Below are positions 46,045 to 54,851 of a stretch of 64,000 bases of DNA, one piece after another. The position numbers and the translations under genes were made by a program. The notes beneath the pieces are model-generated. The model was given only the letters and a program-made list of their open reading frames with translations, was not told the DNA's origin and made no database searches. Each line of letters starts with the position of its first letter. The first letter of the stretch is position 1. The stretch is taken from NCBI GenBank assembly GCA_018818785.1, contig JAHIRF010000005.1, positions 207,093 through 271,092 on the forward strand, written 5' to 3'. Origin of the DNA: Thermoplasmatota archaeon (GTDB taxonomy: Archaea > Thermoplasmatota > Thermoplasmata > UBA10834).

Positions 46045-47918
46045 CACTGCACCTCCTTGATCGCCTTGTATGGGCAGACCTCGGCACATACTCCGCAACC
46101 CGCGCATTGAGCCTCGTCTATGGTCTGCACCTTGTCGACGCTCGATATCGCTGGGCACTGGAACTTCGTGACACAGGTCCTGCACTTCTTGCAGTCGGCC
46201 TGGTCGATGAAGTGCTTCTTGATGATGGCCCCTTTCTCGTCCCTCTTTGCGATGAGGGCGCACTCTCTTCTGGCGATTATGACGGTGATGCTATCCTGAG
46301 CGAGCGCCTCCTTGATGGTCTCGGTCATCAAAGAGACACCATACGAATCGACGGTCCTTATCCACTTCACTCCACATCCTTTCACGACATCCTCTATCGG
46401 CAAGGATATCGCATCGGGGTTTAACGGGTCTTTGCCGCTACCTGGGTGAGGTTGATGTCCGGTCATCGCGGTCGTGCGGTTGTCGAGGATCATCAACAGG
46501 AACTTGTGTCTTTGGTGGACCGCATTCACAAGTCCTGGTATACCGGAATGGAAGAATGTGGAATCGCCGATGAATGAGATGACGGGCAGGTCGTTTACCT
46601 TCGCAAGACCTCCTGCAGTGCCAACGCTTGAACCCATGCATACAAGGAAGTCCGCAGTGCTGTACGGCGGTGCGACGCCCAATGTGTAGCAGCCGATATC
46701 CGATGCGAAGATCGCCTTCTTGTTAGTGGCCTTGTTGACCGCGAAGTATGTCGCGCTGTGTGGGCACCCTGCACACAGTACTGGCGGGCGCTTTGGCAGA
46801 TCTTCAGGGAGTTCGCATTTCTTTCGGTCTCCCGCGCTTCCAAGACCGAATGCATTTCTCAAACCTTTCGCCACGATATCCTGATCTAACTCGTGCGCTC
46901 TCGGGAACACTCCATCGAGCTTCCCTACCACCTTGGTCTTCACCCCATCTCTCTGGATGATAGCCCTTATCGCAGTCTCCAGAATCGGTTCGAGCTCCTC
47001 TACCACAGTGACGATCTCGTGAGACTTCAGGAATTCTGTAACTTTTCTGACAGGCAGCGGATTGGAGAATCCCAGCTTCAGTAGGTCGACTGACAGGGAA
47101 AGGTTGACTGCTGCATCCGAAGCGTAGTTCGCGGCGACGGATGATGCTATCATACCGTGCTTCTCGGAACCGCCGTTTATTCTGATGGATTTGTTGAACT
47201 CCGAAACCTCAGCGATCTCTTGAGCCTTCTTGAGTTGCTCGAGCAACACCAGGTGCCTGACCCGAGCGACTGCAGGGACCGTCACGAATCTCGTGGGATC
47301 CTTGACGAACTCCTTCTTCTTTGGACCTTGGATGATCTCTCCCACATTGACAGGCCCGCGCACATGCGACACGCGCGTAGTTGTGCGTAGCATGACCGGT
47401 TGCTCAAGCTTTTCAGAGATTTCGAAAGCCTTCTTCGTCATCTCGTAGCATTCCTGAGGTGACGCAGGCTCGAAGAGTGGGAACCCTCCGAGAAGTGAAT
47501 AGTACCTGTTGTCCTGCTCGTTCTGACTGGAGTGACATGACGGATCATCCGCGGTGACGAGCACGAAGCCGCCTCTAGTGCCTGTGTATGCGAAAGTCAT
47601 CAGAGGGTCGGCAGCGACGTTGACTCCCACATGTTTCATGCTGACGATTGCTCTCACGCCCGAGGCCGCCGCGCCCATGGCGATCTCGGCTGCGACTTTC
47701 TCGTTGACCGAATATTCGAAGTATATGCCCGCATCCTTGGCTACACGCGCGAGCGTGTCGCCTATCTCGGACGCTGGCGTGCCTGGATATGTAGTGGCGA
47801 CTGATATCCCCGCTTCCAAGGCCCCCCTCGCGATCGCCTCATTCCCGAGAAGAAGGATCTTGGATCCCGGTTCGGCTGACAGAACCTTGTCCATGGTGTC
47901 CCTGTTAACGATTTCCAA
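46044..47918 (-). CDS. iorA: Indolepyruvate:ferredoxin oxidoreductase subunit alpha
   Basis: TPP-enzyme core (GDSTFFHSG) and two C-terminal 4Fe-4S motifs (CKKCRTC...CP, CAGCGVCAEVCP). 624 aa. Confidence 0.9.
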   Translation of the reverse strand: MEIVNRDTMDKVLSAEPGSKILLLGNEAIARGALEAGISVATTYPGTPASEIGDTLARVAKDAGIYFEYSVNEKVAAEIAMGAAASGVRAIVSMKHVGVNVAADPLMTFAYTGTRGGFVLVTADDPSCHSSQNEQDNRYYSLLGGFPLFEPASPQECYEMTKKAFEISEKLEQPVMLRTTTRVSHVRGPVNVGEIIQGPKKKEFVKDPTRFVTVPAVARVRHLVLLEQLKKAQEIAEVSEFNKSIRINGGSEKHGMIASSVAANYASDAAVNLSLSVDLLKLGFSNPLPVRKVTEFLKSHEIVTVVEELEPILETAIRAIIQRDGVKTKVVGKLDGVFPRAHELDQDIVAKGLRNAFGLGSAGDRKKCELPEDLPKRPPVLCAGCPHSATYFAVNKATNKKAIFASDIGCYTLGVAPPYSTADFLVCMGSSVGTAGGLAKVNDLPVISFIGDSTFFHSGIPGLVNAVHQRHKFLLMILDNRTTAMTGHQPHPGSGKDPLNPDAISLPIEDVVKGCGVKWIRTVDSYGVSLMTETIKEALAQDSITVIIARRECALIAKRDEKGAIIKKHFIDQADCKKCRTCVTKFQCPAISSVDKVQTIDEAQCAGCGVCAEVCPYKAIKEVQ

Positions 47919-47969
47919 AGGAAATACCTTTTCGAGTGACCATTATCGTGCATTCAACTGATTCGGCGA

Positions 47970-47990
47970 CCGAGACATAGGATGTCTCGG
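47970..47990. promoter_or_regulatory. Perfect 9-bp-arm inverted repeat in the iorA / surface-protein divergent intergenic region
   Basis: CCGAGACAT-agg-ATGTCTCGG, 52 nt upstream of the iorA ATG. Confidence 0.25.
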
Positions 47991-48185
47991 CACCTAGAAA
48001 TAGGGACATCGCAGATTCTCCCTTGTCTGCGATTCTAGCGATCTTCGATTACTCCAGGGGACATCTACATGGATCATGGTGCCAGGGACAGCAGCCTTAA
48101 CAGTGGACAGGGATTTTACGGAAGCAACTACAGGGGAACGCAACATCGGGTGGCCAAGTCTAAGAAGGTCGATCATCAGAGGCCA

Positions 48186-49706
48186 ATGAACCGCAGATTT
48201 GTACAGAAACGATTCGTTGTGGCATTCGTATCTCTCGGAATTGTCGCATCGATGGCCCTTCTCGCCCTGAACGGTATTCACATTCCCTCATTCGGCAAGG
48301 CACCTTCTGTGCCTGACTCTGACGAACCGGTGTATTCTTTCGACTGGCCAGTCGACTACCTCAACGGCACCGTGACACCGATTGTCACTATCCATTCCGA
48401 TTTCTCGACCTATGATGGGACTGATGTAGCTGTCCAAGGAAATGTGACGGCAGCCCCTGACGAATATGACAATGGCTGCTTCTTCATACAGGATTCTACT
48501 GGTGGGCTCATGGTGCAGACAGGAGGTTCGGGATTCACATTCAACCTCAACAGAGGCGATTATGTGAGGCTGTATGGAACCGTAGCAGAGACCGTCCAGG
48601 GCATGCACATGATACAGGACGCTCAGAGCTATTGGTTGATGGGTACAGGCAGCACCGTCGAGACGGAGCACATGTACAATTCCTCGCTCGTGGCTGCGTC
48701 GGACCAGGGAAGGCTCATCAAGATGAACGGGTACCTGACCAATTTCATCTACGACAACACCTCCCATACCACTCCTGATTGGGAGAAGATTTCCTGCACA
48801 TCTACCCTATGGATGTACGGCCGTTACTTCACCGTGCAGGCGACTAACATCACCCTCTCGGACTATGCAGGGTTCGCGATGGTCACCGGTGTGATGTTCT
48901 ACGATGGCGGATCCTATGCTCTATCCCCACGGTCAGTTTCTGATATCGAGCAGGGAAACGGTCCTCTGAATTCTCCATATCCCGATGGTGACATCAGTGA
49001 TTGGACATCATCCGAGACTGCCATACTCGATTCGGATGGCGATTCCAATAGCCCTGGAAACGAGATTGTATGCCTCTATGTATCTTGGGATGCAGATTTC
49101 TTCTATGTGGCATTGGATTACATCATCAACACCGGCTATGCGGCCATCGTTTATGTCGATGCAATTCCGAATTTTGGAGCCGATAATGTATCGACCCTTC
49201 CCTCATGGCCTAGACACCTTGCATTCATGGACGGTGATTTCGACGCGGATCTCATGATATGCAGATATGAGGATTCCACGGTCGGAATATGGCGGATCTT
49301 AAGCAATGCCGCTGTGATTGATATCGCTATTTCCTGCATGCCTACCGCCTCTGGTGCCGCTGATGGAAGCGGTGCCACAATCGAAGTCGGCATCCCATGG
49401 AACATCCTCACCGGACAAGATCCTGGCAGAGTGCTACCTGGCAACATCATTAGAATGGGGGCGGTGATCACTGGTGGGGACAACACCAATGTGTGGGACT
49501 GCGCACCTGATTCCCTGCTCTATACCATGTGGTATGATTGGGCCAAGATGTACAATTTCTACGATTTCTGCATCGATTGCGATCTTGACGGTTACCCTGA
49601 TGATTACAGCTCGGGATTCGCGATACCTGAGTTCTCCATACTGATAGTCGTACCGATGATGGTCGCTGTCATGTTGGTCGTCCGCGCTAGAAGGAAGAAG
49701 ACCTAG
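48186..49706 (+). CDS. Secreted surface protein with a PEF-CTERM-like C-terminal anchor
   Basis: N-terminal signal/anchor MNRRFVQKRFVVAFVSLGIVASMALLAL. C-terminus IPEFSILIVVPMMVAVMLVVRARRKKT (PEF at nt 49626-49634). TAG stop followed by ATT TGA. Confidence 0.75.
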   Translation: MNRRFVQKRFVVAFVSLGIVASMALLALNGIHIPSFGKAPSVPDSDEPVYSFDWPVDYLNGTVTPIVTIHSDFSTYDGTDVAVQGNVTAAPDEYDNGCFFIQDSTGGLMVQTGGSGFTFNLNRGDYVRLYGTVAETVQGMHMIQDAQSYWLMGTGSTVETEHMYNSSLVAASDQGRLIKMNGYLTNFIYDNTSHTTPDWEKISCTSTLWMYGRYFTVQATNITLSDYAGFAMVTGVMFYDGGSYALSPRSVSDIEQGNGPLNSPYPDGDISDWTSSETAILDSDGDSNSPGNEIVCLYVSWDADFFYVALDYIINTGYAAIVYVDAIPNFGADNVSTLPSWPRHLAFMDGDFDADLMICRYEDSTVGIWRILSNAAVIDIAISCMPTASGAADGSGATIEVGIPWNILTGQDPGRVLPGNIIRMGAVITGGDNTNVWDCAPDSLLYTMWYDWAKMYNFYDFCIDCDLDGYPDDYSSGFAIPEFSILIVVPMMVAVMLVVRARRKKT

Positions 49707-49739
49707 ATTTGAAATAGTAATGGCCTGATTGAGAATACG

Positions 49740-51002
49740 TTGACTGGAAGGACGATTGCGGAGAAAATCATCGGCAAGTCGGCGGGCTATCCCGAAGCGA
49801 GGGAAGGACAGATACTCGAAGCTTCTCCAGATTTGGTCATGTCCCACGAGAACACGTTCCTAGTGAACAAGTCCTTCTCGGAACTCGGCAAGGAGCGCCC
49901 TTGGGACCCTGAGAAGATAGTCATAGTCCTCGACCATCGAACACCAGCGAACACGACACAGACCGCGACGGTGCACTCGAAGATCCGAGGGATTGTGAAA
50001 GACTTCGGGATCAGCAAATTCTTCGATGCCGGGGAAGGGATATGTCATCAGCTTCTTGTGGAGAAGAGACTCGCACGTCCTGGCCAATTGATACTTGGCA
50101 CGGACTCTCACACTATCACGGCGGGTGCGATCGGAGCTTTCGCCACGGGGATAGGCGCCACTGAGATGGCGGGCGTCTGGGCGACGGGCCGCGTATGGCT
50201 GAAGGTTCCACGGTCAATAATGATCAACATGTTCGGCACGATGCCGAAAGGAGTCTTCGCCAAAGATATCTCATTGTATCTCGCGGGAATAATGGGGCCA
50301 TCAGGAGCGGAGTACAAGTGCATGGAGTTCACAGGAGAACTCATACCTTCTATGTCCATCTCAGGCAGGATGGTTCTCTGCAACATGTGCATGGAAATGG
50401 GCGCGGAGGGCGCGGTGATGCCGTGTGACGATGTCACTCGGGCATGGTACCAGGGTCACACGGATAGCGAGTTCGCTACGTTTTCTTCGGATGAGAATGC
50501 ACGTTACGACAATTGGATCGACATCGAAGTCGATGGCCTCACGCCGATGGTGTCCGGTCCTCACAAGGTGGAGGCCGTCAAGTCCGTGGAGAAGATGGAG
50601 GGCATAGTGATCGACCAGGCATTCATAGGTACTTGCACCAATGGACGACTCGAAGACCTCGAGGCGGCCGCGATGATCCTGAAAGGCCAGAAGGTCTCAC
50701 CCAACTGCAGGTTGATAGTCGCTCCGGCTTCGAGGGATATCCTGACGGAAGCCGCTGACAGAGGATATGTGCAGAGCATACTGAAAGCGGGCGGAACTAT
50801 TCTACCACCTGGATGCGGACCATGTCTCGGATCTCACGGTGGAGTCCTCGGTCCGAAAGAGGTGTGCATATCATCGGGCAACAGGAACTTTCCAGGTCGG
50901 ATGGGGTCCGATATTGCCGAGATATACCTCGCCAGTCCAGCTACCGTGGCTGCGAGCGCGATCGTCGGGAGGATAACCGATCCAAGGAACGTGATGCTAT
51001 GA
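49740..51002 (+). CDS. Aconitase-family dehydratase large subunit (3-isopropylmalate dehydratase / homoaconitase type)
   Basis: LVMSHENT, LGTDSHT and IGTCTNGR Fe-S ligand motifs. 420 aa. TTG start. Confidence 0.88.
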   Translation: MTGRTIAEKIIGKSAGYPEAREGQILEASPDLVMSHENTFLVNKSFSELGKERPWDPEKIVIVLDHRTPANTTQTATVHSKIRGIVKDFGISKFFDAGEGICHQLLVEKRLARPGQLILGTDSHTITAGAIGAFATGIGATEMAGVWATGRVWLKVPRSIMINMFGTMPKGVFAKDISLYLAGIMGPSGAEYKCMEFTGELIPSMSISGRMVLCNMCMEMGAEGAVMPCDDVTRAWYQGHTDSEFATFSSDENARYDNWIDIEVDGLTPMVSGPHKVEAVKSVEKMEGIVIDQAFIGTCTNGRLEDLEAAAMILKGQKVSPNCRLIVAPASRDILTEAADRGYVQSILKAGGTILPPGCGPCLGSHGGVLGPKEVCISSGNRNFPGRMGSDIAEIYLASPATVAASAIVGRITDPRNVML

Positions 51003-51502
51003 ATGTAAATGGTAGAATATGGCTGTTCGGTGATGATGTGAACACCGACCTGATAATCCCTGGCCGATATCTGGATAATTACGATCCTTCCCATCTTGCT
51101 GCGCACGCGATGGAGGGTGCCAACAAGGAGTTCGCATCGAAAGTGTCTCCTGGAGATATCGTCATAGCGGGCCGCAATTTCGGATGCGGTTCGAGCAGGG
51201 AGCAAGCGGTGACCGCCTTGAAACAATCGGGCGTGTCAGCAGTGATCGCGAGGTCATTCGCGAGGATTTTTTACAGGAACGCGATCAACCTCGGCCTTTA
51301 CGTGCTAGAATGTGATGATGCAGATAGCGTATTCTCGGACGGTGAGACTGCTATGTTGGACATCGATGCTCACACGATGTGTTCAGATGACGGGTCTCGA
51401 CGCGTGAACCTCACAGAGATCCCGAACCACGCCAAGAAGATCATCGACTCCGGGGGACTCATACCTCATCTGAAGTCGCAGATCGGCAAGAGGGATCATT
51501 GA
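50999..51502 (+). CDS. Aconitase-family dehydratase small subunit (LeuD/HacB type)
   Basis: GRIWLFGDDVNTDLIIPGRYL and GCGSSREQA. ATGA overlap with the large subunit. Confidence 0.88.
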   Translation: MNVNGRIWLFGDDVNTDLIIPGRYLDNYDPSHLAAHAMEGANKEFASKVSPGDIVIAGRNFGCGSSREQAVTALKQSGVSAVIARSFARIFYRNAINLGLYVLECDDADSVFSDGETAMLDIDAHTMCSDDGSRRVNLTEIPNHAKKIIDSGGLIPHLKSQIGKRDH

Positions 51503-51564
51503 CGATTAAAACGAACCAGAACGGTGGAATCATATTCCTCATTTAGCCCGATATCCTTATCGCA

Positions 51565-51669
51565 ATGGCAGATTTCGTGGTCGAGGACGCTTTCGGATAT
51601 CTCGGACTAGCTATACTGTTATTCATAATCGTCTATGTGATCTTGCGCCTTCTGACGCATCGGCACTGA
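51565..51669 (+). CDS. Possible 34-aa single-TM micro-protein
   Basis: My translation: MADFVVEDAFGYLGLAILLFIIVYVILRLLTHRH*. ATG start and TGA stop, in the gap between the dehydratase genes and tRNA-Arg. There is no support beyond the ORF itself and its hydrophobic core. Confidence 0.2.
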   Translation: MADFVVEDAFGYLGLAILLFIIVYVILRLLTHRH

Positions 51670-51690
51670 CACTCCCGCCCTGCAAAGGCT

Positions 51691-51698
51691 ATTATATG
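51691..51698 (+). promoter_or_regulatory. TATA-like box for tRNA-Arg(TCG)
   Basis: ATTATATG is centred ~26 nt upstream of the tRNA 5' end. Confidence 0.35.
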
Positions 51699-51719
51699 CT
51701 AGACTAATCACTGCATTGC

Positions 51720-51793
51720 GGGCCCGTGGGGTAGTTAGGATATCCTTCTGGCCTTCGAAGCCGGTGACGTGGGTTCAAATCCCACCGGGCCCG
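51720..51793 (+). tRNA. tRNA-Arg (anticodon TCG)
   Basis: Acceptor GGGCCCG/CGGGCCC. Anticodon stem CTGGC/GCCGG with loop CTTCGAA. T-arm GTGGG-TTCAAAT-CCCAC. CCA is encoded at 51794-51796. Confidence 0.9.
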
Positions 51794-52014
51794 CCATTAA
51801 ACATAGCCAGTAAAATCTTCTCGGAGTTCAATTCCGGGGGTTTTTGCACTCGGACCTTTTGTAGGCCCCCCGAAAGCACGCAGTATTTCGTTATCCATAG
51901 AATTCAGATTTGATTCTCAATGCTAGTATCTTGAGGTTGCTGAACAACAATGTATGGATAAGATTTATCTGCAACCATGGCTCTGTGACCCTTGTGTTTG
52001 AGGGTGGATGATGA

Positions 52015-52680
52015 GTGGATGCTGAATGGCGTGGTCAGGTAGGATTTCTCCGCGGGACTAGGGCTGCAATTATTCTGACACCTGTAGCAATGATTCTATG
52101 CTTCCTATCCACAACAATGCCTTGGTACAAGATTTCGTACTACAACGAAATCTCCATAGGCGATTCTACCCACATAGTCTCTAGGAGTTACACTTTCTAC
52201 TGGGATTATTACCATATCGATAGATTGGGTTCTATCGCCTACGAATCCACGCCAGTCGGCAGTCTAATGCATATCATGACGATTCTCATCCTTGTCTGGA
52301 TGGTATTTAGCGTAGTCTACATCGCATCATGCGTTCTTGGTGCTCGAGCATTGATTCGAGGGATCATCGTTCAAGCCTGCTCCATTATTCCTGTCATATG
52401 CTATGCCGCTGGAATCGCTTCAGCGATTGCCGACTTACGGTATGATTTATACAATTTCTTCGTACCGCCCGACTTTTTCGGCTCGATATCTTTCCATCCC
52501 TATGATGGAAGCTCTCGTCACTGGGGGCCGATGTTGGGATGGTTTGTATTGGCCATTGCCTGCGTGATTCAAGTTGCAGTCATAACTAGACGAAACGCTC
52601 CCTTGATTGCAGCGATTCTCAATCAGAGGCGCATGCGAAAATATAATGTCCAGACTGGTGCTGAGAACGAAGGAGAATGA
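52015..52680 (+). CDS. Hypothetical polytopic membrane protein
   Basis: Four to five hydrophobic segments. GTG start. No recognised family. Confidence 0.6.
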   Translation: MDAEWRGQVGFLRGTRAAIILTPVAMILCFLSTTMPWYKISYYNEISIGDSTHIVSRSYTFYWDYYHIDRLGSIAYESTPVGSLMHIMTILILVWMVFSVVYIASCVLGARALIRGIIVQACSIIPVICYAAGIASAIADLRYDLYNFFVPPDFFGSISFHPYDGSSRHWGPMLGWFVLAIACVIQVAVITRRNAPLIAAILNQRRMRKYNVQTGAENEGE

Positions 52681-52720
52681 TTCTGCGACACCCGCCAGGT
52701 TCACAATCACTGAGAAAGGG

Positions 52721-52843
52721 TCATAGGGGCGGAAGAAAGAGAAAGGGGGTTGTGCCGAGTGAATCATCCCCCTCGATTGAACCTCCGCATCTGACTAATG
52801 GCATAGAATGATGGCGATACCCCGCGGGTCCGCTAACATCCAT
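52721..52843 (-). CDS. 40-aa micro-protein, paralogue A (also copy A of a 123-nt repeat)
   Basis: My translation: MDVSGPAGYRHHSMPLVRCGGSIEGDDSLGTTPFLFLPPL*. It aligns codon-for-codon with 53661-53783 (21/40 aa identical), and the similarity is confined to the ORF. Confidence 0.45.
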   Translation of the reverse strand: MDVSGPAGYRHHSMPLVRCGGSIEGDDSLGTTPFLFLPPL

Positions 52844-53023
52844 AGCTAGTGATCAAGTCTCGCTTCTCATTCAGGTTTTCTTGCGTTTGGGTGTGCTATA
52901 TCTTCAGAGTTCGACTCGAATCCGAAAGGCGGATGGTTTCTTCGAAGTTTGTGCCAACCTTTGATAACCGTATCATAAAGGACATACACCTAGGACCTTG
53001 GTCATGGACAGAGAGGCACAAAG

Positions 53024-53395
53024 GTGCTGAGCGAGACTGTCAGAGACATAGACACTCTCGATGAGAAAGACCAAGGAAGTGAGGACATGAGGAAGGAGTT
53101 CGAGAGCGAGTTGGCCAGAGACATATCTGGACAGAAGAAGGAGCGGAAGATGTTGGGCAAGGCATGGATCACGCTGGCGCTAGGCGCGATCCTCATGGCT
53201 GGCAGCACGTTGACCGTCGCGGCGCAATGGACTGGCGGCGAGAATGGCGCTGGCGTCGTTAACGGGGACCAAGATCAGATACGAGACCCAGAGTTGAACC
53301 CCGATTGCACCTGCGATTGCGATGGGATTTGTGACAACGACGCTGACGGAGACGGGATCTGCGACAACAAAGAGGATTGCTCTTGCCAGAGCTGA
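53024..53395 (+). CDS. Small secreted Asp/Cys-rich protein with thrombospondin-type-3-like calcium-binding repeats
   Basis: Internal signal-like MLGKAWITLALGAILMAGSTLTVAAQ (alternative starts 53087 and 53150). Tail DCTCDCDGICDNDADGDGICDNKEDCSCQS. Confidence 0.55.
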   Translation: MLSETVRDIDTLDEKDQGSEDMRKEFESELARDISGQKKERKMLGKAWITLALGAILMAGSTLTVAAQWTGGENGAGVVNGDQDQIRDPELNPDCTCDCDGICDNDADGDGICDNKEDCSCQS

Positions 53396-53578
53396 TCGCG
53401 CATCGTCTGATTCAGCCCCTCAAACTTGAGCGGGAAACCCTTTGTATGCCTGTCGGTCGAGTCATGGCCCGGCAGGCGACCACTTTTCATAGACTCTGAA
53501 CCATCGCTCGCTCTTGGAGGATTGGGCAAGCGTCAATCACGCCTACTATGCATATACGAATCCCGCATAGACGGGTGA

Positions 53579-53716
53579 ATCAAGGAAGTTTGCTCGCTCT
53601 GCGGAGGAGAGGTCACGAGTCAAGATTTCGCTAGATCAACCGGTTTCTTCTCGGAGGTGGTCATAGGGCCGGAAGAAATGGAATGGGTTCATGTTGAGTG
53701 CAAGACTTGCCCTTGA
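53579..53716 (+). pseudogene. Start-less zinc-ribbon reading frame (possible decayed small gene)
   Basis: The frame IKEVCSLCGGEVTSQDFARSTGFFSEVVIGPEEMEWVHVECKTCP* is bounded upstream by TGA at 53576-53578. There is no ATG/GTG/TTG before the first CxxC. The nearest ATG (53548) is out of frame. Confidence 0.25.
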
Positions 53717-53783
53717 TTGAACCTCTGCGCCGGACTGCTAGCATGCTGAAATGGCGATACCCACATGGCCCGCTACTAGACAT
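53661..53783 (-). CDS. 40-aa micro-protein, paralogue B (also copy B of a 123-nt repeat)
   Basis: My translation: MSSSGPCGYRHFSMLAVRRRGSIKGKSCTQHEPIPFLPAL*. Same length, and the same start and stop register, as 52721-52843, exactly 940 nt away. Confidence 0.45.
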   Translation of the reverse strand: MSSSGPCGYRHFSMLAVRRRGSIKGKSCTQHEPIPFLPAL

Positions 53784-53943
53784 GGTATGCAAATAGAATG
53801 ATCGACCGATGAGGACAGCTAAGACATCCCTTTCGTCCTAGTCTTCTTGAGTCGAACCACTCAATGATATCGCCCTCCCAAAGAGCGCGCAATCCTCATA
53901 GTAATATCCATATTGATGTAGTGGGATCGGGGATTCGGAGGAT

Positions 53944-54588
53944 ATGGAGTTGAATTCTCAAGATCCCGATGGTACTCAAAGCACCCCCGTGAGATATGGG
54001 CGTATGGTGGAGGTTCCAGAATCAGAGCTACGGCAGCTTCGATCAGTGCCGAAACCACGACCAAAGCGAACGAAAACAATACTCACTCTCTTGATCGTCA
54101 TTGTCGCGGTCGTGGCCGTGACCGCCGTAGCATACGTATATGTTCTGCCCACTGATGGAAACACTCCAGAGGAAGTATTTCTGGCAATAATCGATGCGAT
54201 AAATGATGACGATGATGAGATGCTGATCGGATGCTCGGTCGCGTGCTTCGCAGATGACACCGTGAAGGAGAATGCGCTTACGGAGTTGGAGATCGAACTC
54301 TGGCCGTTCACAGCTTGGTCCGCCATTCTTCAATCCTACGAATTATTGTCCGGTGACGAATCGCCGTACTTGCAGCAGACGCTCAGCGAGCTCGTTGACT
54401 ATAATGAGAGGACATATTCTGTAGAGGTCCTGGACTACTGCATAATCATCGCGCAATATACAGCCTCCATCGATGGCCAATCATTCGATGAGGAGCAGCC
54501 ATTACCATTCGTGAAGATAGATGCAAACTGGTATCTGGGATTGATTCCGATTCCAGAAGGCGAAGGGACGGTGACGCTTTCAGAATGA
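53944..54588 (+). CDS. Hypothetical single-pass membrane protein with an extracellular domain
   Basis: Basic N-terminus, then TM helix ILTLLIVIVAVVAVTAVAYVYVL, then an acidic ~140-aa domain. No recognised family. Confidence 0.6.
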   Translation: MELNSQDPDGTQSTPVRYGRMVEVPESELRQLRSVPKPRPKRTKTILTLLIVIVAVVAVTAVAYVYVLPTDGNTPEEVFLAIIDAINDDDDEMLIGCSVACFADDTVKENALTELEIELWPFTAWSAILQSYELLSGDESPYLQQTLSELVDYNERTYSVEVLDYCIIIAQYTASIDGQSFDEEQPLPFVKIDANWYLGLIPIPEGEGTVTLSE

Positions 54589-54851
54589 GTTGTTGATCGA
54601 ATCAGCGGACATACTCCACGATCATCAACTTCGTCTGAGATGCCTTTCAGCGAACCATGACCTGAGGGGCTCCTGGAGCACCCATCTCCTTGCTCGAAGT
54701 CTGTTCACTCGGCGTCATACTCTGAGGGTAATGCGCTAACCTGGTCATCTGATTTTCCCGTGCCGATTTTTTAGAGCTAACTCTGATGGAATGATTGATA
54801 TTCTGCCTCTATGATTGAGTACAAGTGTAACATGGGTCTGGATGGGACTAA

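Noticed and set aside
52790-52830. C/D-box sRNA reading of the repeats (ATGATGG and CTGA elements in copy A).
   Set aside because: The C-box-like element is not conserved in copy B (GCTGAAATGG at the same position), and no matching D/D' arrangement is present in both copies.
52719-53783. Interpretation of the two ~125-nt direct repeats as integron attC sites or cassette boundaries.
   Set aside because: I found no RYYYAAC / GTTRRRY core sites at the repeat ends, no convincing internal inverted symmetry and no integron integrase. The repeat limits coincide instead with a conserved minus-strand ORF.
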